Origin: Guillardia theta CCMP2712
Taxonomy: Eukaryota; Protista; Cryptophyta
DNA: 64,000 nucleotides
Direction: 5' to 3'
Assembly: GCF_000315625.1 (NCBI RefSeq)
Contig: NW_005434652.1
Coordinates: forward strand, 90,348-154,347
Shown: in pieces, positions 34,759-49,675 of the stretch
How the letters are laid out: every line of letters starts with the position of its first letter
Numbering within the stretch: the first letter of the stretch is position 1
Made by a program: the position numbers and the translations under genes
Notes under the pieces: model-generated
Told to the model about the DNA's origin: nothing
What the model saw: only the letters and a program-made list of their open reading frames with translations
Database searches by the model: none

Positions 34759-37700
34759 CAACTTGACCTGCTTGGCGTATCTAGAGAGAGGCCCTTGCCT
34801 GCAGAGGTTGTTACAAACAGCATGGAGTATGCGTGCCAACCTTTCTAAAGTTTGTTCCTTTGAAACAGCAGAATTCTCCTTAGACGCATCCTGAATACAT
34901 TCAGATTTCTTGTACGGCTGCAGTGATTTCTACCTTTTCTTCATTTGGTATGCTCATGCTTGCCGCAGTAGTTTTGTACATCCCAGCTGCCTTCCATGCG
35001 TATCTTCGCCTAGTGAGGAGCAGAAGACGGCATGAAAAGTATCACCTGTCGCCCAGTTGAGTTGTGGACGCTCCATTTTGCAGCACATTGTCTCCTGCGT
35101 TGAGAGCTACGGAGATTGTCTTGTTCCATGCATTTTGGTATACAGGCTAGACAGAAAAGTGAATGATTCCATGATGGTTACTAAAACTCACCGGGGGTTT
35201 CTGCGATACAAGCCGCTTCCCAAAATTTGAGTCGATGGGATGATACTGCACGAACTGTCAAGATGGGCTCTGCTTCTCTTCATGGGCCACCTCAGTCTCC
35301 ATCGCTGATGAATCTCCGGACTTATTCAATGGCCCGAGCAACCCTCGAGCAAAATCGGTGTATGTGATGCTGGAAAAGCACAAGTTGAGGAGGAGCAATC
35401 ACACTTAGCAACGCGACTCAACCTCCCCTTGGATCCAATGTCCAAGACGTCGAAGATGCAACTGATCTCGTCGTCCTGTATCCGATTCAGCAAGCAGAGA
35501 AACATGAAGGATCCGATCTACCTCAGCCTCGATGCTCAGATTCTTCCGGATGAGCTGTTGAAGCTCTGCCGCCATATATCACCACGTGCTGTAAAGGATC
35601 AAACTTTCTCACCGCCGAGTTCGATGCGCCCGGACCCATCCTTGTCAACAGATCGGAAGGCTCTCTACCGCTCTTGTCAGAGACAAGGGAGGCGGCAAAG
35701 ATTTAATGCCTGCATAGAACCGTGTGTTGCTTGACTTGCTTTTCTCAGTAGCGACCAAATCTCTTCAGCTCTTACGAGCACATCCGGGCTGCTCGAAAGT
35801 GATCAGGCTTCATTGCGGGCGTTTGCAGGTCACCTGAAGTTGTTGGCAAGAAGTTGTGTCCTTGTTGCCTTCTGGGCCTTGCGGAGGTTCACTCCATACA
35901 TGACGTGCTCTTCTTTCTTGCCGTCTTTCTTATCTTCCGCGATCGCGGGAGAGTGAGGTCCGTCGGGTGTTATTTCTTCTGCACTCAATGACTCAGCTCA
36001 TGATTCTGATCGCCCTGGAAGACCTGCGTTGCCATTTCTGATGGTATGAATCTTTTTGACTTTGAAGGGCACGTCGATAGTCCGCACTTCGTCCGACGGC
36101 ACTCGATCCACGTTGGAAACCCCCATGCCCAAAGTTCTGGCTTTCTTCTGGAACTTGTTCCTGTCATCAGGATCAGTTCAAATGCTCGCAACTCAGGCGC
36201 TTCAAACACCGTGCTTGTGCTGTTGGCCTGCCGGGATTGGCTGGATCTTGCCACTTTCGAGACACGTCAACATTGTTGAATGCAATGTCAGCTGTCTTTG
36301 AGCGCCAATTGATGTCATCTGAAGCGATCTCGTGGCTCGGTTCTTCTTCGAAGCTGTCCTCAAGCTCGCCATTTTCCTCTAGATGAAACTGATTCTTGAG
36401 ATGACGATCGACTTGAGCTTTGACGGCAGACACATCATCAGCCTGGTTGTTTGATGGAAGTCACTGAACAAAAAAGAGTTTCAAAGGAAGGAAATTCAAC
36501 CATCTGCAAACTTGGATCCAGGGCACCGAAACATCTCTCGAGCTCGAGGTAATCTGAAGCACTGTCAGTTGCCGGCTCCTCATGAAAGTCTTCAGACCGA
36601 TTCCATTGTCCGTCTCAAGCAAGGAGCATAGCTCTTCTAAAGCTTTCTCTCCTCCTTCTGGACATAACTTGTGCAGGCGAAGCACCAGAATGAACTTTGG
36701 GAAACAGTCAGAGCAGGTGCAACGATAAAAATTGGCTCACATCCTCCTTCGGAATAACTCCGGCCTTGGTGGGATCATGTGTTGCAAGAGCAGTGCGAAT
36801 CTCGTAGAATCGTCTGGAGTGGACGCAAGAAAGTGAGGGAGAGCGAGATCAAAGGGAGACAGGGAAAACAAGCAAAGGGATGAACTCGTGCAGCCATGCA
36901 TACTTATCAAGCTTCTTTCGGAGGTTCTGAATGATGAAGGGTTTGCCCTTGACTACAAGACTCTCGTTCTTGGCGTAGAGAATGTTTGTACCAGAAGCCC
37001 ACACGTCATACATCTTGGCTTGGTTGGTGCTGGCCTTGATCAGATCTCTTCGTGCCTGCACGCTGACTCACCGCAAGAATTGGCAGAGAGATGAGCTAAC
37101 CTGTGCTGCCCTCGCTTCTGCCGTGTCAGAGACCGTGTCCGTCAACTCCACGTCAGGGTTTGTGATCGCAGCTGCAAACTCATCGAAGCTAAGCTCTCCG
37201 CTGCCGTCTTTGTCCATGGTCTTGAAGATGATGTCGAACGCCGCATCCGAGACAACGATGTACAGAACCTCTTCGATCAGCTTTCGGAGCTCCTCGCGTG
37301 ATATCACACCTGTTGTGCATGTTTAATTGAAGTGAAGGTAATGTTGTTAATAAAATTTGAATCGGTGTGTGGCATGAATTTCGAACAGGCGTGCACAAAT
37401 CCTCACCTGAGAAATCTTTGTCCACAAGCCTGAAGGCTGTTTGCACCTTCTTGAACTCCTCAAAGTTGTCCAAGATCAGCTTCCAAGCAGCCTTGGCCTC
37501 CTTCAGCTCCTTGCTGCACTGCTCGTCCAGCTCGTCCTGCAGGGACCGCATCCTCGGCTGCTTCATCCTCAGCTGGGGTTTGACCCGCAGACTCAACTGA
37601 TGCTGGATGTCCTCCCACTCGGGAGTCCTCCACTGCGGCATGTGACCAAGGTAGCCTGGTATCGCTTTGAGCCCGAAGCGCACTTGAGGTTTCGTCATGG

Positions 37701-38754
37701 TAGAGGGCTTGGCCTTCGCCGTGTTCCCACGGGACTTGGTGGCGACTCGCTCAACCATGGGGTCGATGCGAGGAGTAAAGACAAGGTAGGGCAACTCCTT
37801 GCCGCCGTCAGCGCTGCTCTCCCCCGACAGCTCCATCATGCTAGTCTGCTGGCTCAGGACAGGGCGGAGCGTGCGCCCCTTGGAACCATCGCGGCTGGAT
37901 CGGGCAGTCTGGGAGGAGGAAGGCTTCACCTGCTTGAGGGCATCGGCCAGGGAAAGTTCGCAGGCCTTCATGAAGTCAACGATGTTGAGCAGCCCGGCAG
38001 CATTGCAGCCAAGGCCCTTGATGAGAGCACGGAAGGAGGTGGGGGAGGGAGAAATCCCCATGAGCTCGCAGCCCTTGCGGAGGTTGGAGGGAGTGAGGTA
38101 GCCCTTCCTCTCAAGGTCCAGTTTCCTGAACGCTACCGAGGGAACCCGAAAGTGGCTCTCGACCTTGGAGTGAAACTCGATCCAGGTCGCGTTTGCCTCC
38201 GCAAACTCCTTCGCGCTCAGCTCGGGTACGAGGTCGTACTCCTCCTTGACCTCTTCCTCGGGGACCACCAAGGTGTCCGCGTCCCCACTCAGCTCCTTCA
38301 TCAGCTTCTCGGCCGTCTCACTGAACGCCTGCCGTTGCTCTGTCATGTAGAAGATCTGGTCGACGCTGGTCCGTGCTAGCAGCCCCTTGTTGCGGGTCAG
38401 GTTCTTGAACGAGTACCCCGGCATGCAGTTCGATCGCACGTGGGGAACGTGACCACAGTACCCTGGCATGAGACCCTCGTCGCTCGAGATGAGGTTGGCG
38501 TCTAGGGGTTTCCCCCTCGACACAGGATCATGCTGGCGGGACTGCAAGGCATGCCCTCTGCTGCTGAGAGCGATCCAGACCTCTGGTTTGTCAGGGTTCT
38601 TGTACAGGGCATCATTCCTCGACGTTCGCAGAGTGTCCTTGTAGTTGAACCCAGGGGGGACGTTCTGTATGCCAGGGATGTAGCCCGAGTACCCGGGAGG
38701 AGGAGTGTACGAGAGGTGGCCAAAGTAGAGAGGAGGAACGACTGCTGTCGACAT
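34759..38754 (-). CDS. Multi-EF-hand protein with PGYxG (PYG-type) repeats, probably flagellar; multi-exon
   Basis: PPPGYSGYIPG, MPGYCGHVP, IPGYLGHMP; EF-hand loops DLERKGYLT, DKDFSG, DKDGSGELSFDEF and DKDGSGRIE. Confidence 0.75.
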
Positions 38755-39986
38755 GATGATGAAAGATCTGGCAAAGAGATTGTAAGATTGAACATTACCG
38801 TCCCTTTCAGACCCCTGCTTTTTATCTCGCTAGGAACTCCCTTTCTCCCCACCGCGAACTGACCATGTCTACGATTCTATAGTTTGATCCCAGAGCGTCC
38901 TCCATTGTACACGGTCAACCCCTCTGATCTCTCCTGCCCTCTGATATCTTCCTCTATGTCCCAGTAACGCACAGGATTTTCATCTCCCAGTCCTGCCTTG
39001 CTGTTCCTCTTGGCTACCTGTCACCCATCCCTTGCTTCACCTCTACTCTCCTCACTAGTCTTGCTGATAGCTCCCTTGCTCGTCCTCCGCTCCTCTCGCC
39101 CTCCCCCTCTCCTCCACCTTCCTATCGCCTCTGTCCTCTCCTGCGCATCGCCACCATACTAACAGCCGTTCCGTTGCCCCCAACGGTACTCAGCAAGGGT
39201 GGGGGTGGGTCAAGAAAAGATGGTGGGGTGCAGTCAAAACCATTGCTGATGAGGGGTACTTGAAAGGCATCTAGGTGGTAGGGGTGGACAAGATTATCTT
39301 GACTACGGAGGGGGTGAGAGGCTGTAGGGGGTAGGGGTAGGACCTTTGCAGACCATCGGGTTGGGGTACTCTTGAAGCCGTTGACTCTGCTCGGTGGGTA
39401 GGGTCATATATAAACAGGGGTATGCGATCGGAAAATAGCTTCAAGAAGTTGACTTGAAAGGGGGTGGGTACCACAACGATGGGGGTCCTGACGGATTTGA
39501 GTGGGGTAAGGGGTCACTGAGTCGTGGCTCGTATGCACGACAAGAGGAGAGGAGAGGAGAGGAGAGGAGAGGAGAGGAGAGGAGGGGAGAGGAGGGGAGA
39601 GGAGAGGAAGGAGAGGGGAGGGGAGGGAGAGGAGAGGAGGGTGAGGAAGAGGAGAGGAGATGAAGGGGAAAGGGAGGGAGGGGAGAGGGGGGGAGGGGGC
39701 AAAGGCCATGAAGGTATTCGCAAGAGTTTTCATTGTGTTTACAATCCTCTTGCAAAGACTAACAAGGGAGAGAAGCATCGAAGCACTTGTACGACTGAGT
39801 AGCGTACAGCGAAAATCAATTGAAGGAACGTCGAGTACGAGAGAGAAAGGGGGGGGGGGGGGCAAGTGAGATGAAACATGGGAGGGAGGAAACACAGCAG
39901 GCAAGTAGCAAGAAGAAGAGCTGTATCGAGATAGGCGGTAGCGATGGAGGGAGGAGAGGGCACAGGAGAAGGAGGAGGAGCTCGGG

Positions 39987-41427
39987 TCAGTCAAGTTTGG
40001 GTGTCTTCCACAGACCGTCGTTGAGGTGATGCACAACATTCACCCCAATCCCCTTGTTGACCTGAACAAAGCGAATACAGCAGTCAACCAACCGACTGCG
40101 GCCACAAATAGACAAACAAGCATGGAAGGAGTGAAAGAGTTAACAAAGAACAAAACGAACACACGAACAAAGATTCAAGTTCTAAAAGATACACAGGATC
40201 ATGGAGAGAACAGACACTAGAGCCCTGTGCCCAGCACAGGGCAAGACAACAAGAGGTGATCGCAGTGATCAAGGGAGGAGGTGTAGGAGCAACTCTCTAC
40301 CTGTATGATGTCTTGACTACTCATCTGTGTATGTCCAATGGCAAGCGCATGCTCCTTGCCCTGAGTGAGAAACCATGAGACGGTCCCGATGTCATTCCGG
40401 AGGTCAGGGAGGTACCTCAGCAAGGATGGCGACTGGCGTGTTGTTGTCGACGGGCTTGTTCGCAAGCTCCTCAACAACATTCTGAGAGAGGATGGTAAGG
40501 GAGGAGCGAGCAGCCGAGGCAGCTGACCTTGTGGGTGAGACCTGGGCACATGATGTTCGCTCCGGACAGAACGAACTTGATAGCTCCCTTGTCCACTCGC
40601 ATTGTAGGCATCATGAACGGGTACTGGTGGTGGACGCGGAGGGTCGGGTAGTAGGGCCCATCGCGTACCTGCAGAGAGGTCACAAGGAGCGTGTAGCAGA
40701 GCATGCGCTCACGTTGTAGAAGACTGGTTCTCCGTCGATCATGACAAGATTGATTTTGCCCTCGCACTTGGCGAGCTGTCGCTTCGACGATCAGCATAGA
40801 GAAGAGAGGTTGATGTGCAACGTCTCACCTGGATCTCTGACTTCTTTGGCATCACCTAAGGGACAAAGGTGAGCAGAATGGCAGGCAGAGTGAGGGAGAA
40901 CGGAGGAGGTTATGCAATATTGTTGATGGAGCAGAAGATGACAACAGCGGAGGAAACTGAACATTCAGATATCACATTCTCGAAGTAAGGATCCAGCGAC
41001 GGATACTGATCCCTGGAAAAACGTGCAGCATCAGTTTCATGTCATCTTATCAATAAGACACTCACTGGATGGCCTGGCGAATGGCTCGCTGCTGTGAAGA
41101 TTTGATCTTACTCTTATCTTTAACCTGCAACCGAAAAATCCCATTAGACGGCTCCATGAGACAGCTTCTCTGTGTACTGCCCAAGATGCTTTCTTTCCCT
41201 GCTATCCAACCTTTTGCATCCCGAATAAAATTTCAACCCATTGTGCAGCTAAGAAGGAGGACTAAGAAAATCCACATCCTGTCTACCTTCTCTTCTTCCC
41301 CTCTCCTCTCCTCTGCTTCTACTTTCTTACGTCGCCACTTCGTCTTCTTTCACTGCACATCGCCTCCGCTTCTCCTCTCCTCTCCCTCCTCTCCTCATAC
41401 CTCTTCGTTGCTGAACTTCTTGAACAT
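39987..41427 (-). CDS. MCTS1: MCTS1/Tma20 translation re-initiation factor (PUA domain), multi-exon
   Basis: MFKKF start; [10 protein letters not shown]; [44 protein letters not shown]; [10 protein letters not shown]; NKGIGV…HHLNDGLWK. Confidence 0.95.
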
Positions 41428-41547
41428 TTTCGCACGAGAGCCGAACACCGGCTGGCCCTCATCCCCTATCGTGGCAACTCAAGTATAACAGCGTAACTTT
41501 ATACATGGCCGTCTATAAAGGCAATTGCTAATACTTCTCAGTCGGGC

Positions 41548-43895
41548 ATGCGGTATGGCAGGCCGGTTCGATTGCTGCTGTTTCTGTGGTTGACGGCGGG
41601 GGAGACGAAGGGAGGAGAGGAGGAGAACCATGCAGCTCTGAGCTGCTACAAGGAAATCGTCAAGCTACTTGCTAGCAGAGGCCTCTCCCCCCCTGTGGCG
41701 ATGGAGCAATCGCAGGTTTTCAGATGCGACGGTCCTGGCTCCCTGAATATTGTTGGTAGATTGAAAGAACGAAGAGGCACTATGACCTGCATGCCAACGA
41801 AGTGATTCCAAGGAAGCATGCTCTGATAAAGAGGAGCCAGAGTCAGACTATCCAGTTGAAGAGGTTCCACAATGAAGTGAAGGTTAGTCTAGTGTATCAT
41901 GGATGATTGCAATCTTGCTTCTCATCTGCATGGGTTGCCTTTGATCTGCCTCCATGAGATGATGGATGTATGCTTGAAATTTTATCTCATACTTTGCTCT
42001 TCAGAGATCCTTGATAGAATCGTTTGCGACTCGGGCTGATCACGTGTTGGACTTGGGATGCGGTCGTGGCGGTGATCTGTAAGGACAACGTGATTTTTTC
42101 TGCATGGCTGATCTGGAATTTCTCTTTTCAATCTTTCCTATGTTGAAAATCATTTGTCCGCCAGAAACAAGTGGTTTGATGCCAAGGTAATCATGGCGGG
42201 GTGGGGCAAAGTGTTGTTCACAATATTCTATCAGATTGCAAATGTAGTTGGAGTGGATCTTTCTCAGAAGGAGATACAAGAAGCCATCAAGCGCCTCCAT
42301 GAACTACGTTCCAAGGCGCGAGGTGGTGTTATCAGGAACCGTTTGGTCGACACGTTCAACGCTAGGTTCCTACAGTCTGATAGTTTAGGTAGAACGGTGT
42401 CCTCTGAGAATGGTTGTTACTAATCAACTGCACGTTTCAAGGCATCTCTTCCCCGATCCTGTTTGCAAGTAATCGTCATGTAGAGTGTCTCAATACTCTG
42501 CTGCAGTGACTGATCAATTGCACGCAGCAATTCGACGCTGTCACGTGCATGTTTGCACTGCACTACTTCTTCGGAACCGAGCATTCTCTCAGGTGAATCA
42601 AAATCTTGAGATTTCATGCCGAGTCTCCCATGTGTTTGTGTCCCAATCAAGAGCTCTGATCGTTCTGTGCAGGAATCTTCTAACGACTGTCTCTGCGAAC
42701 CTGAAGGTTGGAGGTTACTTCTTCGGAGTCTGTCCCGACGGTACTTCGGATCATTGGTCAAACAAAGTAGGAAGGATAAATGATGAACAGGAAGGAGAGT
42801 GAACGATCTTCTCAAGAAGCATAATGGGACCTTCACAGGGCTCGTCTTTTCCTGCCACATAGTACACGTTTGACTTTCCGGCCTCAGGAATGTCTTCTCC
42901 CTTCAGAAGAACGAGGATTTGCCAAGCTTGCAGTTCGTTTCCATGGAGAAAGACTCTCGGTTTGGAATGACGTACACATTCGCGCTCAAGGACACGGCAA
43001 GCGACGTCAGAGCGCGTGACATGTGCTGATTCGTATGCAGGTGACTGGTGAAGTTGAAGACAGTGACGGGAGCATTGAGTTCATGGTGTTTGAGGTTTCT
43101 TATATCATCTTCCTGATTCTCAGCTGAAACTTCTTCAGGATCTTCTGATAGAGATGGCGGCTGAAGTAGATCTCGTTCCTGTATGAAACAAGCCTTCTAT
43201 CCTTTTATTCCCCTCTTCTCACACTCCCTGCCCCTGCCCCTGCCCTGCCCCTTCTCCTTCCCCTCCCCCTGCTGCATTACTGCTCCTGCCCCAACAGCTC
43301 CTGCTCCTGCTCTTGCTTGTAATCCTCCATCTGATCGTATTGGTGCGTCTTTCCCAGGTGCTAGAATACGACAGGTTGGCTTTCGGCAAGCTTCTCTCAC
43401 TTGGTGAGCATGGCAAAGTGACTTGAGCATCTCACGTGGAGTGTAGAAGCAACCAAGTATGGGCTCTTCAAACATTTCATCCCCGTTTACGACAACGTCG
43501 AAGAACTTGAAACGGTCCGAACCATAGTTCTATGAACCTTCCCTTCTCCTTTTCCCTTCCTCCTCCTCCTTCACTCTCATCGTTCTCTCCCTCGCTCCCT
43601 TCCAGTTTCGTCCTCTCCAAAGCTTCAATCACTCTTAACTTGCAGGTCAGCAAACTCAACTGCGCGTTCACGTTCGTCAAGGTTGATCCCAACAATCAGA
43701 GCGACAGGCACACCATGGGGAAAAGGTGAGAAACGCCTCGTGATCCTTCTGTTTGGTGTACCTCGTGCCGCCGCTGCTCGGACATCACCACCTCGCATGA
43801 TTGTCGCTTCCTCGTCCTCATTCTTTCTTCTCCTGCTCAGGCAGCTCGGATATGAGGAGCACGAGTTTCGCGGTGAAGTGAACGACACTGCATGA
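41548..43895 (+). CDS. mRNA cap guanine-N7 methyltransferase (RNMT/Abd1-like) with signal-peptide-like N-terminal extension
   Basis: HY…RSQSQTIQLKRFHNEVK, VLDLGCGRGGDL|NKW, VGVDLS, FDAVTCMFALHYFF, VSANLKVGGYFFG, YTFALKDT|V and AFTFVK. Confidence 0.88.
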
Positions 43896-46404
43896 GGGCC
43901 GGGGCGCCGTGCGCGGCAGTTCACAGTCACCGGGAGTCCGAGCCGCGACCGTGAACAAGTGCCAAGCCTATCATCACTGAGGCACAAGGCCCAGTTAAGT
44001 TCAAAGTGTCGGGGACAGCAGTGGGCAGGATAAGGCTGATTGAATAATTTTCCGGGCCGGGCCCGGTGCCACGGTTGGTTCCCGGCGAGTCACTCACTGA
44101 CCGTCTTTGAATGTGCGACAGACCGGTGTCAGGGTCCGATGGTCCGATCAGTCAACTTGGCAACGGTTGAGGGTCTCGGACTCCCGGATCCGAGAACGCT
44201 CGGAGGCTCTGACTGAGTCTACTCTCTTGACTCAGTGATCAGCCCGATGATCCGATCATTGATAGCCCGCCGCTAGTCACTGAGTATCCTGACTCGTGTG
44301 AGCCTGTACTGTCCGATCGGACGGTCCGGTCCGATCCGTCGGTACTACCGGCGCAGTCACTCGGACTTTTCACTTACGGGGGCCGTGGCTTTCAAGTTTG
44401 AGCCCGGTAAAGGCACGGTCGGACTTACCGGCGGGCCGTGGCTTTGAGCCTAAAGTTACGCGTATAGTATGGTTTGGGTTGACTCCGACCGTGATCCGAT
44501 GCGGCAACTGACCCGTCGGCCGGACGGTTGGAGCGAGCCGAGTTCAAAGTATTGTCACACCCCGGTGATCATGCCTGGCCGCCCGGCCCAGCGGGGCCGA
44601 CTCGAACAAACTACTATCACCGCCGCCGTACGGTAGCAGGCTTAAACTTGAAATGGGCCGTGCCGGGCGCGGCGGCCCGGCCCCGGGGGCCCAGGGTGCC
44701 GCTGTCACGGTCCGGGGCATCGGCGGCGGCCGCCCGACTCGGGCCAAGGCCGGGCCGGGGCGACTTCCGAGTTCAGAGACGGCGGCAGTGTGAGTGAAAG
44801 ACCGTGAGAGACGCCGGCTGGTCGGACTGGCACGTGACCAATGACTGACGGTACAGGGGTGTAGCTTTGGTTGCTCTAATAAGAGGAAAGCTAGGGTGGG
44901 TACAACCTCGCAACTTGAAGTACAGTGAAAGGTGAGCTAGTAGGTAGGGGTGGTTGTTTGTGAATGGAGGGGGTTAAAATATGGGAGGGTGAGGAGGGGT
45001 GTTCCAGGTCAGGGTAGTCATTCTGCAGGGTGGCTGCAGGGTGGGTGTCACCAAGGGGCAAAAATATCAGCAGTCGCGGCAAGGGCACTCAAATATATAT
45101 TATTTTCAATTATTCTGTCATTTTTCAAATTCTTCGAAGAAGGTCTAGGGCCAAAATCTAAATTGACACATTTTTTGAGCTGATGCAGCGAAGCTAGGAC
45201 TGTCAGGGACAGTTCCGACCGGGGGCTGCTTGTAGTAAACTGACTACAAGAGTATCGATACTTTATACTGAAAATAAATCAATACAATTTTTGTACGAGC
45301 ATCAATTCAGATTATCTTAATATATTGTAGTTTTATACTCTGAGATTAGAGATCTGATTGTGGCTCTGGTTCCTTTTAATTTCAACTCTAACAATGCACC
45401 ACCATTTCAAAATGGAGGAAAAAATCTTATATTGCCTTTTAATCAGACTGCGAGGATCTCTCAATATATATTATAAAAAGTATAAATACATCAGCTTTGT
45501 ACCAGCATACTCCTTTATGTGGTCTTGCGGCCGCCGAACTTCGGCGAGGGAATCACTTTCTTTATTGGGGTAGGGGTTATATTGAGTACCGGTACTATTC
45601 CTTTCATGAACTGGGGAACATCTGGGTTCCTGTTTTGTGGTACCCCTTGACGTATACAGGGGTACCCCTACGTCTAACGAATGGCCGCTACACTGGAGGG
45701 GTGCACTTGACTATAAGGTGAAAGGAGGGGTCAAATGAAGCTGCCCTCTATGGAGATGGTTCCTGGACTGGGGGTGGGGTGAGCGTTGGGTGTGGGGGAT
45801 GATACTCTGAAAGTAGGGGTACTTTCAAGGGAAATGCTATGCCGCCTGAGGCGATAGTCCATATAGGTGGGGTAGTTTCTACTCAGGGTAGGGTGGTAGA
45901 ATGTGGCCGCAGGGGTGTAGAGGGAGGCGCGCGAGGAGCAGCCCCCAAATGCTGAGATGCACGAGGGGATACGAGGGGGCTGAACCATGTCAGCATTGTC
46001 GGCACGCTCCTCCTCATGCTGCTGCTACTGCCGATGTCTCATCCCTCCCATCATCATCTCATCCTCGCAACATAATCTTCTCTTTCCTGTTATGGAAATC
46101 CTTTACGATGGCATACCCTCCCCTGTTCCTGGCTGAAGCGAGTGTGATAATCTTTTGGTGTTTTGTTGCATCGGATCCCTGCTTTGTTTACTCTATCTTG
46201 TTCAGTTTTGCTCATGAACTCATAGAATTGTGATTCTTCTGTTTCGTCTACCTTGGTTTGTTGGAGCAACTAAGGTTGTGAGGGGGGTTGTAAGTTCGAG
46301 ACGTACAGTTTGTTTTTGACTATGAAGGAAATTCAAGCACTAGAATTGTTAACTTTATGTGAATAGTCGATCGAAGTGTTGGCTCTGATCAAATCTCGCA
46401 TTGA

Positions 46405-47951
<1,547 letters not shown>

Positions 47952-49675
47952 ACATCTTAGGTCATATCGTGTATTTATTTCCTCACGTGCAGCTCGATTC
48001 TATGCACATTCTTTGGTTTAATTGCTAGTTCCAAACTCACAGCAGCTATTTTGTGCTGAAGAGCTTTTGATGGTTTTGAGAATGAATTCAAAATAGCAGA
48101 ACATATGGTTGTGTACCGTGACAGGCTTTTGGGTTTGGTTCTCGCTGCTCCTCGGACGACGGTACCGTACTATAAAGCCTCACCAGGCTGTCAGAAAAAG
48201 TCAGTCGCCACCGTACCGGGGCCCTGTCAACAGATTAATCAATGTCACTGGAAACTCAGTGACTCGGATAGTCACGCACCGTCACGCGGCCCGGCGTTGA
48301 GGGCCCGGGCCGGGCCTATTGGCCGGGCCGCAGTCCGGTTCCGACTCGTTCAGCCTGGCACTACGACAGTGCCACGACAGTACTATAAGTAGAGGTTAAG
48401 ATAGTAGTCTTAGTACCAGTACCGTACGAGGAGTACTACATGAAACAGCAAACTATTATGAGAATTATTACAACTTGTTTTTATCTGTACGAAAATTAAA
48501 TTTAAAAAATTAAAATCATTACTGAGTAAAATAAATAAATTTACAATAAGCATATACCAAGAAAAATTGAGTTTTTATAGTACCAGCGGTTTCTTTCCTG
48601 AGATGGATGAAGACAAAAAGAGGTATATTAATAGAACATTTGGAAAAGATAATATTTTAGATTTCGACATGATTTCATCAATATTTTTCAAAATACTCCA
48701 AAAGTTAAAATTTAATGGCAAAATATTAAATTGATTCCACATATATATAACTTTCATCCAGGTCTCTCCGTACTGCGTAACCTGTACCAGCATCTCAACA
48801 AGTTTTTATAAACCGCTTGAAGCGTTCGAACTGGCAGAGGACATGGCGAGAAGAGCGGAACTTGCAAGGGGGAGATGCAATGGATGGAGACGAGCAAGAG
48901 GAGCAGGAGGAGCAGGAGGAGCAGGAAGAGAAAGTAAATTATCAGAAGGATTCTGTACAACATCAAGAAGTTCTTTGTCAAGAGACTCTTCCAGCTGGAT
49001 CACTTGCAACGAGAGAATGTGGGATCATAATGCTCAAGACAGAGCATCTAATATCTCAGTGGTCCTTGTGCTCTGTGGAAGCAAACATTACAATTCTGAC
49101 CGGAGACATCTTGATCCGTTGATTCTGCCTACATGACATGTTTGTTATACATCGCAACTTGTAGATGAGGAATGAGGCACAAGCAATGTTGTAACTGGAT
49201 GTAGTCCTATTCTCGAGTGCTGATTTGCAAAATGGGTCATGCTTGGCTCGTGAATGCTTCAGGAGGATATAGTGACAAGGGGAGGTTGTTTGTCTGTACA
49301 GAAACAACAGAAAGCAACCAATGAATGCGTCACATTTAAGTTGTCCTAGGATTTGTATGGATTCTTTTATCCAACCTCTTGTTTAGGCACAAAGTTTTGG
49401 TGACTGCATGACTTTGGAAAGGCGTGAAAATTCTGTGAAAATCCTGAAATGTCATGTATTTAGCGTTGGCCTTACTTAAACACCTTGATGTTCTTGTGAA
49501 GTTACTGCCCCCGGCCCACGACTTGCAGGCCAGAGGCATGAGGAAAGTTAGGTATTTCAGATGTATGAAGACAAAGATATTGATACAATATTTGTGTTAT
49601 GAGCCGTCAGTTGACTCTTCCTTGGGTTTCAATAGTTTGGACGACTCGGATACTGGCCTTCGATATACATCCAAG

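Noticed and set aside
37441-38379. 312-aa + strand ORF (and similarly 22600-23259)
   Set aside because: Antisense shadows of better-supported minus-strand coding exons.
48575-49540. Possible minus-strand gene between enolase and the RGG-rich gene
   Set aside because: Only short ORF pieces with no motif; exon chain could not be reconstructed.
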